From assembly GCA_004299275.1 (NCBI GenBank), contig SCSU01000066.1:14277-78276 (forward strand): DNA of 64,000 nt, in the 5' to 3' direction. The first letter of the stretch is position 1, and each line of letters starts with the position of its first letter. This DNA comes from Patescibacteria group bacterium (GTDB taxonomy: Bacteria > Patescibacteriota > Patescibacteriia > 2-12-FULL-57-11). A program made the position numbers and the translations under genes. Below the pieces are notes generated by a model, which saw only the letters and a list, made by a program, of their open reading frames with translations, made no database searches and was not told where the DNA came from. Positions 17,452 to 27,182 of this stretch are shown here, piece by piece.

Positions 17452-19104
17452 ATGAATATTCAACGCCCCTCTCTCCATTCTCTCCTCTTTGTCACAGGAT
17501 GCGTTTTTGCATTTCTATTTGCAGCCAACTTACCCGTTACCGCCGCAATGAGTGCTTCAGGGCAAGAAAAGTTTTCCCTATGGAAAAAGCCATCTTTTTT
17601 TCGCGGCGCGGCAATACATCCATATAATCCTTACTACGATGGTGTTAAAATTTTTAGCTTCGTGACAAAAGAAGACTTTGCCTCCTTGAGGAATCAGGGA
17701 GCGAACGTTGTCTCTTTGAATTATCCAGGGCCGTATCGCGCAGATCCCCCGTATGCGCTTGATCCTATTAAGCTGAAATGGCTTGATGATGCAGTCGGCT
17801 GGGCAGAGGAGGTGGGGCTGTACGTCGTAATTCATTTTCGAAACGGGCCTGGAAAATCAGAAGCGACCTTTGCCGGTTCACCCGACGGAGCGGATGAGAT
17901 TCTTTGGTATTCTCAAACAGCGAAAGACAAGTGGGTGGACATGTGGCGATTTGTCGCTGACAGATACAAAAATCGAACGCACGTCGTCGCGTACAATTTA
18001 ATGGTTGAACCGCATCCAGATGTTCCGGTCAAACAGCCGCCGCTCCCGGCTTCTGTCTGGTTCGATCTCGCGAAACAAATAACCAAAGGAATCCGTGAGG
18101 TTGATACCCAAACTCCGATTATCGTACCTGCGACCACGTGGTCAAATCCGCTCGCCATGGAAGACGCGGTGCCGACAGGCGATGCGCGCACCATCTATAG
18201 TTTTCACATGTATGAACCTTTTGATTTTACCCATCAGGGTTTTGATTGGGCGGGAAAAGGCAATATTTCCGGCCTCGTGTATCCGGGGAAGATACCGTCT
18301 GATATTTATCCAGAAACAATGTATTGGGATAAAAATCGACTAAGGGACGTGATGAAACACGCTCTGGCGTTTCAAACCAAATATCAAACACCGATTTTTA
18401 TCGGTGAGTTTGGATGCAACCGCCGGGTCCAAAGCTGTATTGTGTTTCTTGATGATCTTCTGTCTATTTTTGAAGAATATGGCTGGAGTTACACTCACTT
18501 TGTGTGGCGTGATGGGGCGGAGTCTGGAGCCGGGGGCGGTGATTTTGATTACGAAACCGAACCAACGGGAACTGCTCCAGTTTTAGAATCGAGTTATATG
18601 CGGATGTTTAAGAAACATTGGAAAGCGGCTGAAACCATTTCTCCGGCTCCGGGCTCTCTTATAAAACAAACCTGCCCAAGTGGAGCTACGGCGGCTCATC
18701 CATGTAAGGCCGTCTATTATTACGGCCAAAATGGCAAGCGTTTCGTGTTTCCAAATTTTATGACGTTTACCACTTGGTATCCAGATTTCACCACCATTAA
18801 AACCATCAGCCCCGAAACCTTATCTTCCATCCCGCTCGGGGGCAACGTCACCTATCGTCCGGCGGTCAAACTGGTCAAAATCACCACCGACCCCAAGGTC
18901 TATGCTGTGGCTGTCGGCGGCGTTCTCCGTTGGGTCAGAACCGAAGCTCTAGCTATTTCCCTCTACGGTACAGATTGGAACCAAAAGATAGATGACGTCC
19001 CCGACGCCTTTTTCGTGAACTACAGCGTGGGGGCAGATATTACGACAGTCTCCGACTTTTCTCCGGCGGCAGAGCTGGCCGCCGCCAGCAGTATTAATTA
19101 TTGA
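17452..19104 (+). CDS. secreted glycoside hydrolase family 5 (cellulase-like) with a C-terminal extra domain
   Basis: Signal peptide; conserved Glu in NLMVEPH, nucleophile motif IFIGEFG. GC content is markedly lower than the flanking DNA. Confidence 0.8.
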   Translation: MNIQRPSLHSLLFVTGCVFAFLFAANLPVTAAMSASGQEKFSLWKKPSFFRGAAIHPYNPYYDGVKIFSFVTKEDFASLRNQGANVVSLNYPGPYRADPPYALDPIKLKWLDDAVGWAEEVGLYVVIHFRNGPGKSEATFAGSPDGADEILWYSQTAKDKWVDMWRFVADRYKNRTHVVAYNLMVEPHPDVPVKQPPLPASVWFDLAKQITKGIREVDTQTPIIVPATTWSNPLAMEDAVPTGDARTIYSFHMYEPFDFTHQGFDWAGKGNISGLVYPGKIPSDIYPETMYWDKNRLRDVMKHALAFQTKYQTPIFIGEFGCNRRVQSCIVFLDDLLSIFEEYGWSYTHFVWRDGAESGAGGGDFDYETEPTGTAPVLESSYMRMFKKHWKAAETISPAPGSLIKQTCPSGATAAHPCKAVYYYGQNGKRFVFPNFMTFTTWYPDFTTIKTISPETLSSIPLGGNVTYRPAVKLVKITTDPKVYAVAVGGVLRWVRTEALAISLYGTDWNQKIDDVPDAFFVNYSVGADITTVSDFSPAAELAAASSINY

Positions 19105-19404
19105 TATAGATAAAAAACTGGCTGCGATGTCTCCAGCTCCTTTATTATTTCTTTTCCTTGCATGATAGTGCCGATTTTTTCCGCATATTTTTGGTTCCCA
19201 ATGATGATTCCGCGGCACGCATGCTTCCAATTTTGTCTATCGTCATCCCTGCCGTTCTCGACGGATTTTTTGATATTCGCTCTGTGCGATAGTTCGATGG
19301 AGGGTGAACTGTGAGCGTATCCAATCGCACGTGAGGAAAAGCGGGTTTTCTCTTAGCATAGCGCAGATCCTAGAACGATTGGATTGTCAGAGGACAGGGG
19401 TGTG

Positions 19405-19430
19405 GAAAGTGATAATTCAAGACCTGACCC
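19405..19430. repeat. 22-bp direct repeat (right) flanking the GH5 island
   Basis: See 17216-17240. Confidence 0.7.
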
Positions 19431-19512
19431 CCAAACAACAAACACAATAAAAAAATCCACCGCGGCTTGAGAGTCAGCTTTGGTGGATGGCTTAACCCCG
19501 GCTTTGGCCGGT

Positions 19513-19722
19513 TTAGAGCTCGGAGTGGGCGGGCGGCGGACGCGCTCCCGTGCGGAGCGTCGGCGGGTCTTGTTCGCGGAGCGTATCCGGCGACTCGTCG
19601 CCGTAGATCTCCCTTTCCGTCACGTCGTTCCAGTCTTCGATGACGAACGATTGCCCAGTGAGGAGCGAGGTGGCGATCCAGCGGCTTCTGCCGGCGGACC
19701 AGTAGACGAGGTAGTGAGTCAT
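19513..19722 (-). CDS. small hypothetical protein; start/stop overlap with the upstream gene
   Basis: ATGA overlap with 19719..20546; a hairpin plus T-run terminator follows at 19458-19495 on the - strand. Confidence 0.4.
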   Translation of the reverse strand: MTHYLVYWSAGRSRWIATSLLTGQSFVIEDWNDVTEREIYGDESPDTLREQDPPTLRTGARPPPAHSEL

Positions 19723-20546
19723 CGCGAGGCCTCCCAGTCGGCGATGATGGCGCCGGTCAGGAGCTCTTCGGTCTGGCCCTTGATGCTCTTCCGGTCCGGC
19801 GCGATTTTGCCGAAGTAGATGATGGTGTCGTCCTTGAGCCGGACCTCATCGCCGACCACGATGCCCTTGATCTGCCAAGGGAGGAGAAAGAGCTCGCGGC
19901 CGCCTTGGACCACGGTCGTCTTGACGCACCCCTCCCCGAAGCTGGCGCCGGAAAAGCACCAGTCGCCCTCGAGGTTAACCACGCCCCGGACCTTGATGGG
20001 CAGGCAAACCTTGGGCAAACAGTCGAAGGACTCGTAGACTGGTTCGCTGCAGGCGTTTTGAGCGCAGACCTCGAAAATCGTTTCCGGCTCCGTCGTGCCG
20101 TCGCCGTCGAAGAGGTCTCGGGTTCCCCGGCCGTAGACCGAGTTGCGCTCCGGGAGCCAGGGGTAGGTGCCGACCGTGGCCCAGAGCGGCGCGCCGGAAG
20201 TCCAGTCGAGAGCGGCCTTGACCTTCCAAAGCAGGCCGTCCTCCTCGTGGTAGGGCGTGACCTCGGCGATCTCGCCGCAGGTGGCTGAGTCGCGGTTCCG
20301 GGGCAGAGCGAGCTCGGGCGGGTAGACCTTGCAGGTCTTGACCATGAGCCCGGTCACGTCTTGCGAGGCCGGCGGCATTCCGCCCTCGTTGACACTCCGG
20401 TTCGGCGGCGCGCCGCTGTCCGGCGAGGGGGATGTTTCGGCTTCGCGCCGCGGCGAGGGGATGAGTTCCTCCCCGTAGAGGCAGGCCGGAGCGGAGACGA
20501 ACGGAACGATGATGGAAAAGAACAGGTGGTTGATTGGTTGCTTCAC
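19719..20546 (-). CDS. secreted Cys-rich hypothetical protein
   Basis: Signal peptide and multiple Cys residues; no recognised domain. Confidence 0.5.
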   Translation of the reverse strand: MKQPINHLFFSIIVPFVSAPACLYGEELIPSPRREAETSPSPDSGAPPNRSVNEGGMPPASQDVTGLMVKTCKVYPPELALPRNRDSATCGEIAEVTPYHEEDGLLWKVKAALDWTSGAPLWATVGTYPWLPERNSVYGRGTRDLFDGDGTTEPETIFEVCAQNACSEPVYESFDCLPKVCLPIKVRGVVNLEGDWCFSGASFGEGCVKTTVVQGGRELFLLPWQIKGIVVGDEVRLKDDTIIYFGKIAPDRKSIKGQTEELLTGAIIADWEASR

Positions 20547-20630
20547 GACACTTCTCCTTTTTCGGTTTCTGTTTCTGTTACTGTTTCTTTTCTACGTTCT
20601 ACATCCTACGTTCTACCTACTACCTACTGT

Positions 20631-23498
20631 TTAATAATCACCTCCTTTCTGTGCAGTCGAACGCTTAAGAATTTTTTCCGCGAGTTCGGCCAGCCGCCGC
20701 CGCCAAGGGAGAGCCGCTCCCCAGCCGGCGGTGAGCAGTACGCCGCCCGCGGCGCCGGTGGCGCCGGCGCTGGCCGGAGAAATCGGCGGCTCGTTTTTTC
20801 CCGGTCGCGGCGGCAAGGGCGCGGGCAAGAGCACTTGGAGGTCACCTCCGTCGCGTACGGCCAGTTCGCGTTCGCCTTTGGTCGTGAGCCGCAGAATTCC
20901 GGTGGCTCGTACTTCGGCACCGACCGCATAGGCGTCGCGGCTTTTAAGTTTTGTCGGGAGCTTTAGGTCCAGCTCGCCCTGCCGCGAAAGAGTGATTTTT
21001 TGCGCGGTTTTATCAATTACGGTTCCTTCAGTAGTGAGGAGCGTGAGGAGCGGCGCGTCTTCGGCTTCCTCGAGCGCGGCGAGAAATTGCGGCTCTGGCG
21101 CCGCGCCGGGTTCGGCGGCAATCGTCTGCGCGCGAACCCGCTCCTGACCGCTGCGCGTGATTGTCGTTCCAGTCACTTTTAGACGATCGCCGCGGTTTAT
21201 TTCCCTTGCGTCTTTAGGGAGCTCAATCAAAATGCCGCCGGTCTCGGTCAGGACTGGAATGGTTTGAGCGCCGAGCGGCCCGCGTTCAGCGAGCGCGATG
21301 CCGCCTAAAGTGATACGCGGAGATTTTTTGGGGCTGGTTGTTTTTTTCTTAGATTTAATTCGGTAGGTTCGGTTCGAAGAAGTTTTAACGCTGGCGATTT
21401 CCATTACCGCCTCTTCTTCTTCCGCCAAATCTTTTTTATAGACGCGCAGTGAACGCTTTAGTGTGGAAGATGCTCCGGCGGCGTCAGCAACAGCCAGAGA
21501 GACAGAAAATTTTCCGGATGAGGCGTAGACATGCGCCGCCGACACTCCCTCGGCCGTCAGGCCGTCGCCAAAGTCCCAGCGGTAGGCGGAGAGCGGACCG
21601 TCGGCGTCCCAGGATTCCCCGGCGTCAAAGATAAAGGGGTCGCCGGGGGAATCCGGCCGCGTGATGTCTATCGCCGGCCGCGGCAGATGAACAGGGGCAG
21701 CGATAATATTTGTCTCCCCCGGCGTTGGCTGGCTGGTCCAGTTGGGCTCGCCGTCGCCGCCGCGGCCGCGGGCAATACCGGATTCAGCCGCCTCGTAACC
21801 GAGCCGGTCAGCGATGGCGCCATCCGGCGCGATTAGAGCGAGCTCGGCGCCGGAGTTGGGGAGAGCGATTTTTATTTCTTCACGATTAAGCGCGACAAAG
21901 CCGCCGACTGGGATTGTAATTTCCGGGAGCGCGCTCGGCCGGCGGGAGTCAAACGCGACTTTCCAGCCGGCGAGCTTTTGGCTTGAGCTGGAAATGTTCT
22001 GAATCTCCACGAACTCGCCTAGGGCATCCGGGCCGGCCGGGTTCGGGAGTATCTCGGAAATTCGGAGCGGGGCGATTCCAGAGAGGAGCGTGGTGATTTC
22101 ATTTGTCCCGCCTGGGGTTGGCGTGGCGGACTCGGCAAAGTCTTCAGCCGCGTTGCCGCTGGAAAATCCGTCAAAAACGCGGGCAATGCTCGTGCCGGGG
22201 CGGCTCCCGGCTGGCGCGTTATCCTCGGGCGTTCCGTCGCCGCTCCCCCAAATTACCTGCTCGCTGGTGTAGCCCTCCGGGTCAATCAGAAAAATAATGC
22301 CGCTTTCTTTGTTGATTGCGCCGGTAAGACTCGGGACGAGCAGATGTGCGTCTCCGGCCAGCGTGCCGGTGAGCGCCACGGGCTCGTCGGTATTGGCGCG
22401 GAGCCGCCAACCGGCGAGCGACACCGCGCGCGGCTCCGGATTAGCCAGCTCCACCCAAGCGCTCAGAGCGTCGTCGGGGTAAATTTCGTTGACTAAAACT
22501 CGCCCCGGAGGATAGCGGCGTTCCGCTGACTCGACGCTCGTGTTTCGTTTTTTATTTGATATCGGCGCAACAACCACGTTTTGACCACCGGGAGTTGGCG
22601 CGGCGGTCAGCCGCCAGGCGCCGTCGGGCAAAGTCTCTCGCGCGATTGATTGCCCGGGTTCTGGTGCGGGCAGAGCAGAGCCGCCGTAGTTGATTGTGTC
22701 CTCGGTCGCCCCGTTGCAGATGAGCGACACCGTGTCCCCGTCGTTGTTTAGTTTGGCGGAGGGGAGATAGACCGTGAGATAAGCCGCCGGCACATTGAGC
22801 TCAGCGACAGACGCTATTTTTCCGTGACTGTCGTGAAGCTCGCAGAAATCAGCGGGGACTGTTGCTGGGCCGGCATTAAAGAGTTCAACCCACTCTTTTC
22901 CATCGGCTGCCGGCGCGGGAAAAATTTCCGATAATTTGAGCGTTAGAGGAGGGGGTGTCGGCTCGGCGGGCAGCTCTTCGATTTTTCCGCAGTCATTCTC
23001 GAGGCCGGCGCTGTCGCCCTCCAGCCGCTCGCACCAATTTTCCGGCAATGGTTCGGCGTGCGAGTCGCGCCGCTCGATGACTTTGTTTTTGGTGGCCGGA
23101 TAGGTAAAAACCTCGGCCAGCGTTCCCGAGGCGTCGCGTAAGCCGATTTCTTCGCCGGATTCGGCAAGCGAGCCCCAAGCGGAGTCAAAAACAGTCAGTG
23201 TGCTTGAGGCCTTATCGGCGAGAAATGTCGCCGCATCCCCGGCAATAATAGCCAGACCTTGCGGCGGGAGGAGATTGCCGCCCTGATAGGATTTAATGCC
23301 GTGGTTGGTCTTCTGTTCCCAAAATTTCCAAAGTGTGAGGTCAATCGGCGCTTCGGAGATGTTTTGAATTTCAAGCCACTCGTGCTCCGCCGCGCCAATA
23401 GTCGAAATTTCGGTAATAACCAGCGGGCTGGCGGCGCGGACAACAGTCGGCGCGAGCAGAAGGAGCAACGAAAAAACCAGAGAGGGGAGAAAACGCAT
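20631..23498 (-). CDS. large surface protein with repeated lamin-tail (LTD) domains and a PKD domain; C-terminal TM anchor
   Basis: LTD motifs (ITEISTIG..EWLEIQN; LSEIFPAP..EWVELFN; LVNEIYPD..AWVELAN; ISEILPNP..EFVEIQN), PKD signature WDFGDG, N-terminal signal peptide, C-terminal hydrophobic helix. Confidence 0.7.
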   Translation of the reverse strand: MRFLPSLVFSLLLLLAPTVVRAASPLVITEISTIGAAEHEWLEIQNISEAPIDLTLWKFWEQKTNHGIKSYQGGNLLPPQGLAIIAGDAATFLADKASSTLTVFDSAWGSLAESGEEIGLRDASGTLAEVFTYPATKNKVIERRDSHAEPLPENWCERLEGDSAGLENDCGKIEELPAEPTPPPLTLKLSEIFPAPAADGKEWVELFNAGPATVPADFCELHDSHGKIASVAELNVPAAYLTVYLPSAKLNNDGDTVSLICNGATEDTINYGGSALPAPEPGQSIARETLPDGAWRLTAAPTPGGQNVVVAPISNKKRNTSVESAERRYPPGRVLVNEIYPDDALSAWVELANPEPRAVSLAGWRLRANTDEPVALTGTLAGDAHLLVPSLTGAINKESGIIFLIDPEGYTSEQVIWGSGDGTPEDNAPAGSRPGTSIARVFDGFSSGNAAEDFAESATPTPGGTNEITTLLSGIAPLRISEILPNPAGPDALGEFVEIQNISSSSQKLAGWKVAFDSRRPSALPEITIPVGGFVALNREEIKIALPNSGAELALIAPDGAIADRLGYEAAESGIARGRGGDGEPNWTSQPTPGETNIIAAPVHLPRPAIDITRPDSPGDPFIFDAGESWDADGPLSAYRWDFGDGLTAEGVSAAHVYASSGKFSVSLAVADAAGASSTLKRSLRVYKKDLAEEEEAVMEIASVKTSSNRTYRIKSKKKTTSPKKSPRITLGGIALAERGPLGAQTIPVLTETGGILIELPKDAREINRGDRLKVTGTTITRSGQERVRAQTIAAEPGAAPEPQFLAALEEAEDAPLLTLLTTEGTVIDKTAQKITLSRQGELDLKLPTKLKSRDAYAVGAEVRATGILRLTTKGERELAVRDGGDLQVLLPAPLPPRPGKNEPPISPASAGATGAAGGVLLTAGWGAALPWRRRLAELAEKILKRSTAQKGGDY

Positions 23499-23705
23499 AA
23501 CTTTTTGGCGCCCCTCTCTGGCGCGTTATCCACAGTTCAGCGTAACACGAACCTTCCCTGCCTTGTGGATTACTCCTTGTCAAGCCCCCGAGTTTAGTCC
23601 CGAATTTCGTGATTTAAGTTCCCGAGCAAAGTCGAGGGACTACATAAAATCCGCATTTTGATCTCGACTAAGCGCTTCCTTATATATATGATGCCTTTGC
23701 CAGCC

Positions 23706-23737
23706 AAGGTCTGACCTTGCAAGGCCAGACCTTGATG
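23706..23737. repeat. overlapping GACCTTGCAAGG palindromes immediately upstream of tRNA-Leu(TAG)
   Basis: caaGGTCTGACCTTGCAAGGCCAGACCttg. Confidence 0.55.
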
Positions 23738-23738
23738 T

Positions 23739-23820
23739 GCCGGTGTGGCGAAATTGGCAGACGCACCAGCCTTAGGAGCTGGGGCCGCAAGGCATGGGGG
23801 TTCGAGTCCCTCCACCGGCA
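23739..23820 (+). tRNA. tRNA-Leu (anticodon TAG), long variable arm
   Basis: Acceptor gccggtg/caccggc, anticodon loop cTTAGGa, T-arm gggggttcgagtccc. Confidence 0.85.
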
Positions 23821-23836
23821 TCAGGATTAACTTTTT

Positions 23837-24463
23837 ATGAAAAAAATTATTGTAAGCACGATCGGCTTAATAGGATTAAGTTTTTCTCTTGCCGGTTTTG
23901 CTTTGGCGCAAGGAATGCCCGCTGCGACGAGTACAGACGGAAACACGGCGCGCGAAGAAGCTGAGGGCAAGGCTGTTTGGGATAAACTGCAAGCGAAAAC
24001 GTTCGCCTGTGACAAGCTAACGAATGACAACCTCGAACTTTTGGGCGAATACTTTATGGGACAGATGGCGGGGACTGCCCATGAAGCGATGAATAACATG
24101 ATGCTTCAGATGATGGGTGAAAATAACGAGGCACAAATGCACATTACGCTCGGCAAGCGACTTTCCGGTTGCGATAAAGCCGCGGCATTTCCTCTGCAGG
24201 GCGCCGGTTTTATGCCGATGATGCAGATGATGATGGGCGGCGGCATGATGGGCGGGTGGTCTGCCCGCCAAAGCCTTGGCGACGGCGGGTCAAACTCATC
24301 CTCACTAAATAATTTTAATAATCCTATGATGGGGAATTGGGGTCAAAATCCAATGGGGTGGGTTGGAGTTGGTTCGTGGCTCGTAACCTTAACTTGGGTA
24401 GTCTGGCTGGCTGTCGGCGTTCTGGCGGCAATTTGGCTGTGGCGGCAGATTAACAAAAAATAA
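23837..24463 (+). CDS. secreted Met/Gly-rich protein with a C-terminal TM helix
   Basis: Signal peptide, MQMMMGGGMMGGW and NMMLQMMGENNEAQMH Met-rich tracts, and a C-terminal hydrophobic helix. Confidence 0.6.
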   Translation: MKKIIVSTIGLIGLSFSLAGFALAQGMPAATSTDGNTAREEAEGKAVWDKLQAKTFACDKLTNDNLELLGEYFMGQMAGTAHEAMNNMMLQMMGENNEAQMHITLGKRLSGCDKAAAFPLQGAGFMPMMQMMMGGGMMGGWSARQSLGDGGSNSSSLNNFNNPMMGNWGQNPMGWVGVGSWLVTLTWVVWLAVGVLAAIWLWRQINKK

Positions 24464-24603
24464 ATCAACCCATTCGACACTGCGGGCTAAAGCCCGCGTT
24501 ATGCTCAGGGTTGATACTGAGCCGCGCCTTAAACCGCGCCCTTTAGGGCACGGTTTGGCGCGAGTCGAAGTATCAAAAAAATGGCGCCAAAAATTTGAAA
24601 TTG

Positions 24604-24676
24604 AGGTCATCTGAGAATTCCGTTTCGTAGCGAAATTACGCGATTGCAGCAGAAAAAGGAGTTTTCAGATGACCTC
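24604..24676. mobile_element. MITE-like element, copy 2 (73 bp), TIRs GAGGTCATCTGAGAATTC / GAGTTTTCAGATGACCTC
   Basis: Perfect inverted termini; internal gcagcagaaaaagga shared with copy 1. Confidence 0.65.
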
Positions 24677-24690
24677 ATCATGAAACTCAT

Positions 24691-25338
24691 ATGCCCGAGC
24701 GCGGATTTGACCCCAACAGAACAATAATCGGCGAGTGGCGGCCGACGCCGGAAGATTTGGCGCGTCTGCCCGAAGAGCTCCGCAAAAATTTTGAGCGGAC
24801 TGCGCTGGAAGTCCCCCGTCCCGCGGGGGAGCGGAGGCGGGAAAAGCGCGCTGAGGCGGAAGCCGCCGCCGAAGCGCCGCCGGCTCTTGAATCCTTTGTC
24901 GCTGATGAGGCGGCCAATTATTTAGAGAGCGCGCGAACGACAGAGAGCTTGCTTTTGGCTGACCAGGAAGCCGTTCAACGCAAGGCATTCTCCGATACCA
25001 TCATGCCCATTGGCGAGGAATCCTACACCGATGCTCTGGTGCGCCACATCCAGCAGCTGGAGCAGTCGCAGATAGCGCTCCGCGACAGCATTCTCGCCGA
25101 CCGGATGCGCGCCGACTCGCTCCTTGAGGGAATTGAGGCCATCGGCCGCGGCGAACCGCCGCCGGCGGACTTTAAGGCGACCTTGGATTTGATTGAGAGA
25201 GAAGCCGTCACGGCGGTCGGCAGCAGGAGCGCCGAATTGGAGAAAAACCCAAATGCGCTGGGTTATAAGGAAGAGCTGAAAAAAGCGCAAAAGCGGCTTA
25301 AGACTATTGCCGATTTGCGGCGTAAGGCAGGTGTTTAA
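24691..25338 (+). CDS. hypothetical coiled-coil protein
   Basis: 215 aa, charged and helical; followed by a terminator. Confidence 0.5.
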   Translation: MPERGFDPNRTIIGEWRPTPEDLARLPEELRKNFERTALEVPRPAGERRREKRAEAEAAAEAPPALESFVADEAANYLESARTTESLLLADQEAVQRKAFSDTIMPIGEESYTDALVRHIQQLEQSQIALRDSILADRMRADSLLEGIEAIGRGEPPPADFKATLDLIEREAVTAVGSRSAELEKNPNALGYKEELKKAQKRLKTIADLRRKAGV

Positions 25339-25351
25339 TCAAAAACAAAAA

Positions 25352-25382
25352 ATACTCCGACACTTTGGTCGGGGTGTTTTTT
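25352..25382 (+). terminator. rho-independent terminator
   Basis: ccgacactttggtcggggtgttttttt. Confidence 0.7.
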
Positions 25383-25395
25383 TAATTTCGGGAAT

Positions 25396-26361
25396 CTATT
25401 GCGGCGCGATTAACGGGTTAGTCGCGGCACTCCCAGTCGCGCTCGCACTCGTATCAAGCGGTGTTGTTGGTTCGTTTACGACTGGCGGCGGCGGTTCGTC
25501 AACCGTCGCCGCGGTCGGCGCGGCAAAGAGCGTGTCGTAAGCGTTCTTGAGCGCCGCCTGCTCGGAGGAGTCCGCCGTGAGCGCGATGTCCACTGCGGCG
25601 CCGACTTCTGATAGCGTTCCCATCACTCCTACCGCCGTCGCTTCTTCGGCCGGCTGGCCGGCTGCAGCTTCGGTTTCAAATTGCGCATCAGCTCGCTCGT
25701 TCTCCGTAAACCATTCTTCTTTCTGGACTTCTTCGGGGATAGGGCTCACGGCTTCATCCAGATTAGGAATAACCACATCCTCCGGCGGCAGGCTCAGGCG
25801 ATAATTTTCGGAAAGAGCCAGTTCTTGGCCGGCGCGCGCCACCGTAACGACGCTTTCGGCGACGTCAATATTTACGCCGCCGCTCTCCTCCACCGCAAAG
25901 TTAAAGGCGGTGCCGCGGACAGTCGCCACCGTCGTGGAATGAAAGACCTCGTAGCGGGAATTTTTGTCGAGGAATTTGAGTACGCGCGACCAGACCCGGC
26001 CCTTAACCGCCTCGAGGCGGACAACTTGCCGCCGCCGATTGCCGGCCGTTACCGAAGTTTCTTTACTGATTTCAATTTCCGTATTTTTGTCGAGCCGCGC
26101 CTCAGCCCGCCCGAAAAAGACGATTGTCGCGCGGCCGTCAGCACCGGTGCGAATGCTTTCCCCCGGCGAGAACAGCGCTCCAGCGCGGGCCGGCCGCCAG
26201 ACGAAAGAATCTGGAGCCCGTCTCTCCACCGTCCCCCGAGCTTCCGTGAGCCTGACCACGAGCGGTGGCGTGATTTTTGCCCGCGCGGCAGAGCGCAGTC
26301 CAATCAGGGCGATGACCACTAGCGCCACCAGAACGGCGATGATAATGATTCGCGTTTTCAT
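25396..26361 (-). CDS. FecR-domain membrane-anchored protein
   Basis: N-terminal TM helix, then a FecR-like beta-sandwich region (GRATIVF..ARL..NTEIEI) and an acidic, Pro-rich tail. Confidence 0.5.
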   Translation of the reverse strand: MKTRIIIIAVLVALVVIALIGLRSAARAKITPPLVVRLTEARGTVERRAPDSFVWRPARAGALFSPGESIRTGADGRATIVFFGRAEARLDKNTEIEISKETSVTAGNRRRQVVRLEAVKGRVWSRVLKFLDKNSRYEVFHSTTVATVRGTAFNFAVEESGGVNIDVAESVVTVARAGQELALSENYRLSLPPEDVVIPNLDEAVSPIPEEVQKEEWFTENERADAQFETEAAAGQPAEEATAVGVMGTLSEVGAAVDIALTADSSEQAALKNAYDTLFAAPTAATVDEPPPPVVNEPTTPLDTSASATGSAATNPLIAPQ

Positions 26362-26445
26362 AGGGTTTTTCCGGCGTTTTTGGCTCGGCGCGGCAGCGGA
26401 GAGCTGACCCCCGTTTTTTACTATACAAAATTAACAATCATTTGT

Positions 26446-26474
26446 CTCTTGACTGCGATGTCAGCTTACCATAG
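26446..26474 (+). promoter_or_regulatory. sigma70-like promoter TTGACT-17-TAGAAT
   Basis: tcTTGACTgcgatgtcagcttaccaTAGAATag, followed by a gggaggagag ribosome-binding site and the ATG at 26520. Confidence 0.55.
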
Positions 26475-26519
26475 AATAGCGGCGCTTCGTTTGCAAAAAT
26501 ACCGAGAGGGAGGAGAGAG

Positions 26520-27086
26520 ATGCAAATTGAAAGTTCAAATCCGCCCCCCGGGCGGATTACCCCGCGTCCATCAGCGCGGGGAGCGCCGGTTTCCGAAGAG
26601 GGGAGTCCTGAGGATGCCCGGAGCGCGCTCCGCAGGCGGCGACTGGAGACGGTGCTCCGCGAGAGCCGGCTCATGCGGCGAGTGCTCCGGAACGCGCCGG
26701 TGCCCATCATCGTAACCGACCTCGACTGGCGCGTGCGCCTGGTGAATCTCGCCGCGGTCGCCGCCTACGGCTATCTGAAGCGCGAGTTCAAAAACGCGCC
26801 CGCGCCCTTCGTCCGCCTTGGCGAGTGCGATCCGCAAAAACCGGAACGCCCGGTTTACCTCTCCGACCTGGAGAGAATCCAGCGGGAACTCGCGCGGTTC
26901 GCCGGCCAGTTCCTCGAGACCCGCACGCTCATCAGATTGGCCAACGACGAATGCGAGCCGGTCGTCCTGCGGATTTCCCACCTCTTCTCCGAGGAAGATG
27001 CGTGGGAGGGAGTCATCATTGCGATTCTCCCCGACGAATCGCCGCCGGAGTCCGCGCCGCCGACCGCGCCAGCTCGGCAAACGTAG
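26520..27086 (+). CDS. stand-alone PAS-domain sensor protein
   Basis: PAS core PIIVTDLDWRVRLVNLAAVAAYGY. Confidence 0.5.
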   Translation: MQIESSNPPPGRITPRPSARGAPVSEEGSPEDARSALRRRRLETVLRESRLMRRVLRNAPVPIIVTDLDWRVRLVNLAAVAAYGYLKREFKNAPAPFVRLGECDPQKPERPVYLSDLERIQRELARFAGQFLETRTLIRLANDECEPVVLRISHLFSEEDAWEGVIIAILPDESPPESAPPTAPARQT

Positions 27087-27149
27087 CCGGCCTTTGCGCC
27101 AAAGGTTGCGCGTTATGCCGTCAGTTTCTTCCCGCCGGAAGCGCCGACG

Positions 27150-27182
27150 GCTTTTTTTATAAAAAAACCGCGACCATCGGTC
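27150..27182. terminator. bidirectional terminator between convergent genes
   Basis: ggctttttttataaaaaaaccgcgaccatcggtcacgg. Confidence 0.5.

Noticed and set aside
20361-20966. 201-aa + strand ORF
   Set aside because: It overlaps the end of the LTD/PKD surface-protein gene and the upstream secreted-protein gene, and it is Arg-rich, as high-GC antisense frames typically are.
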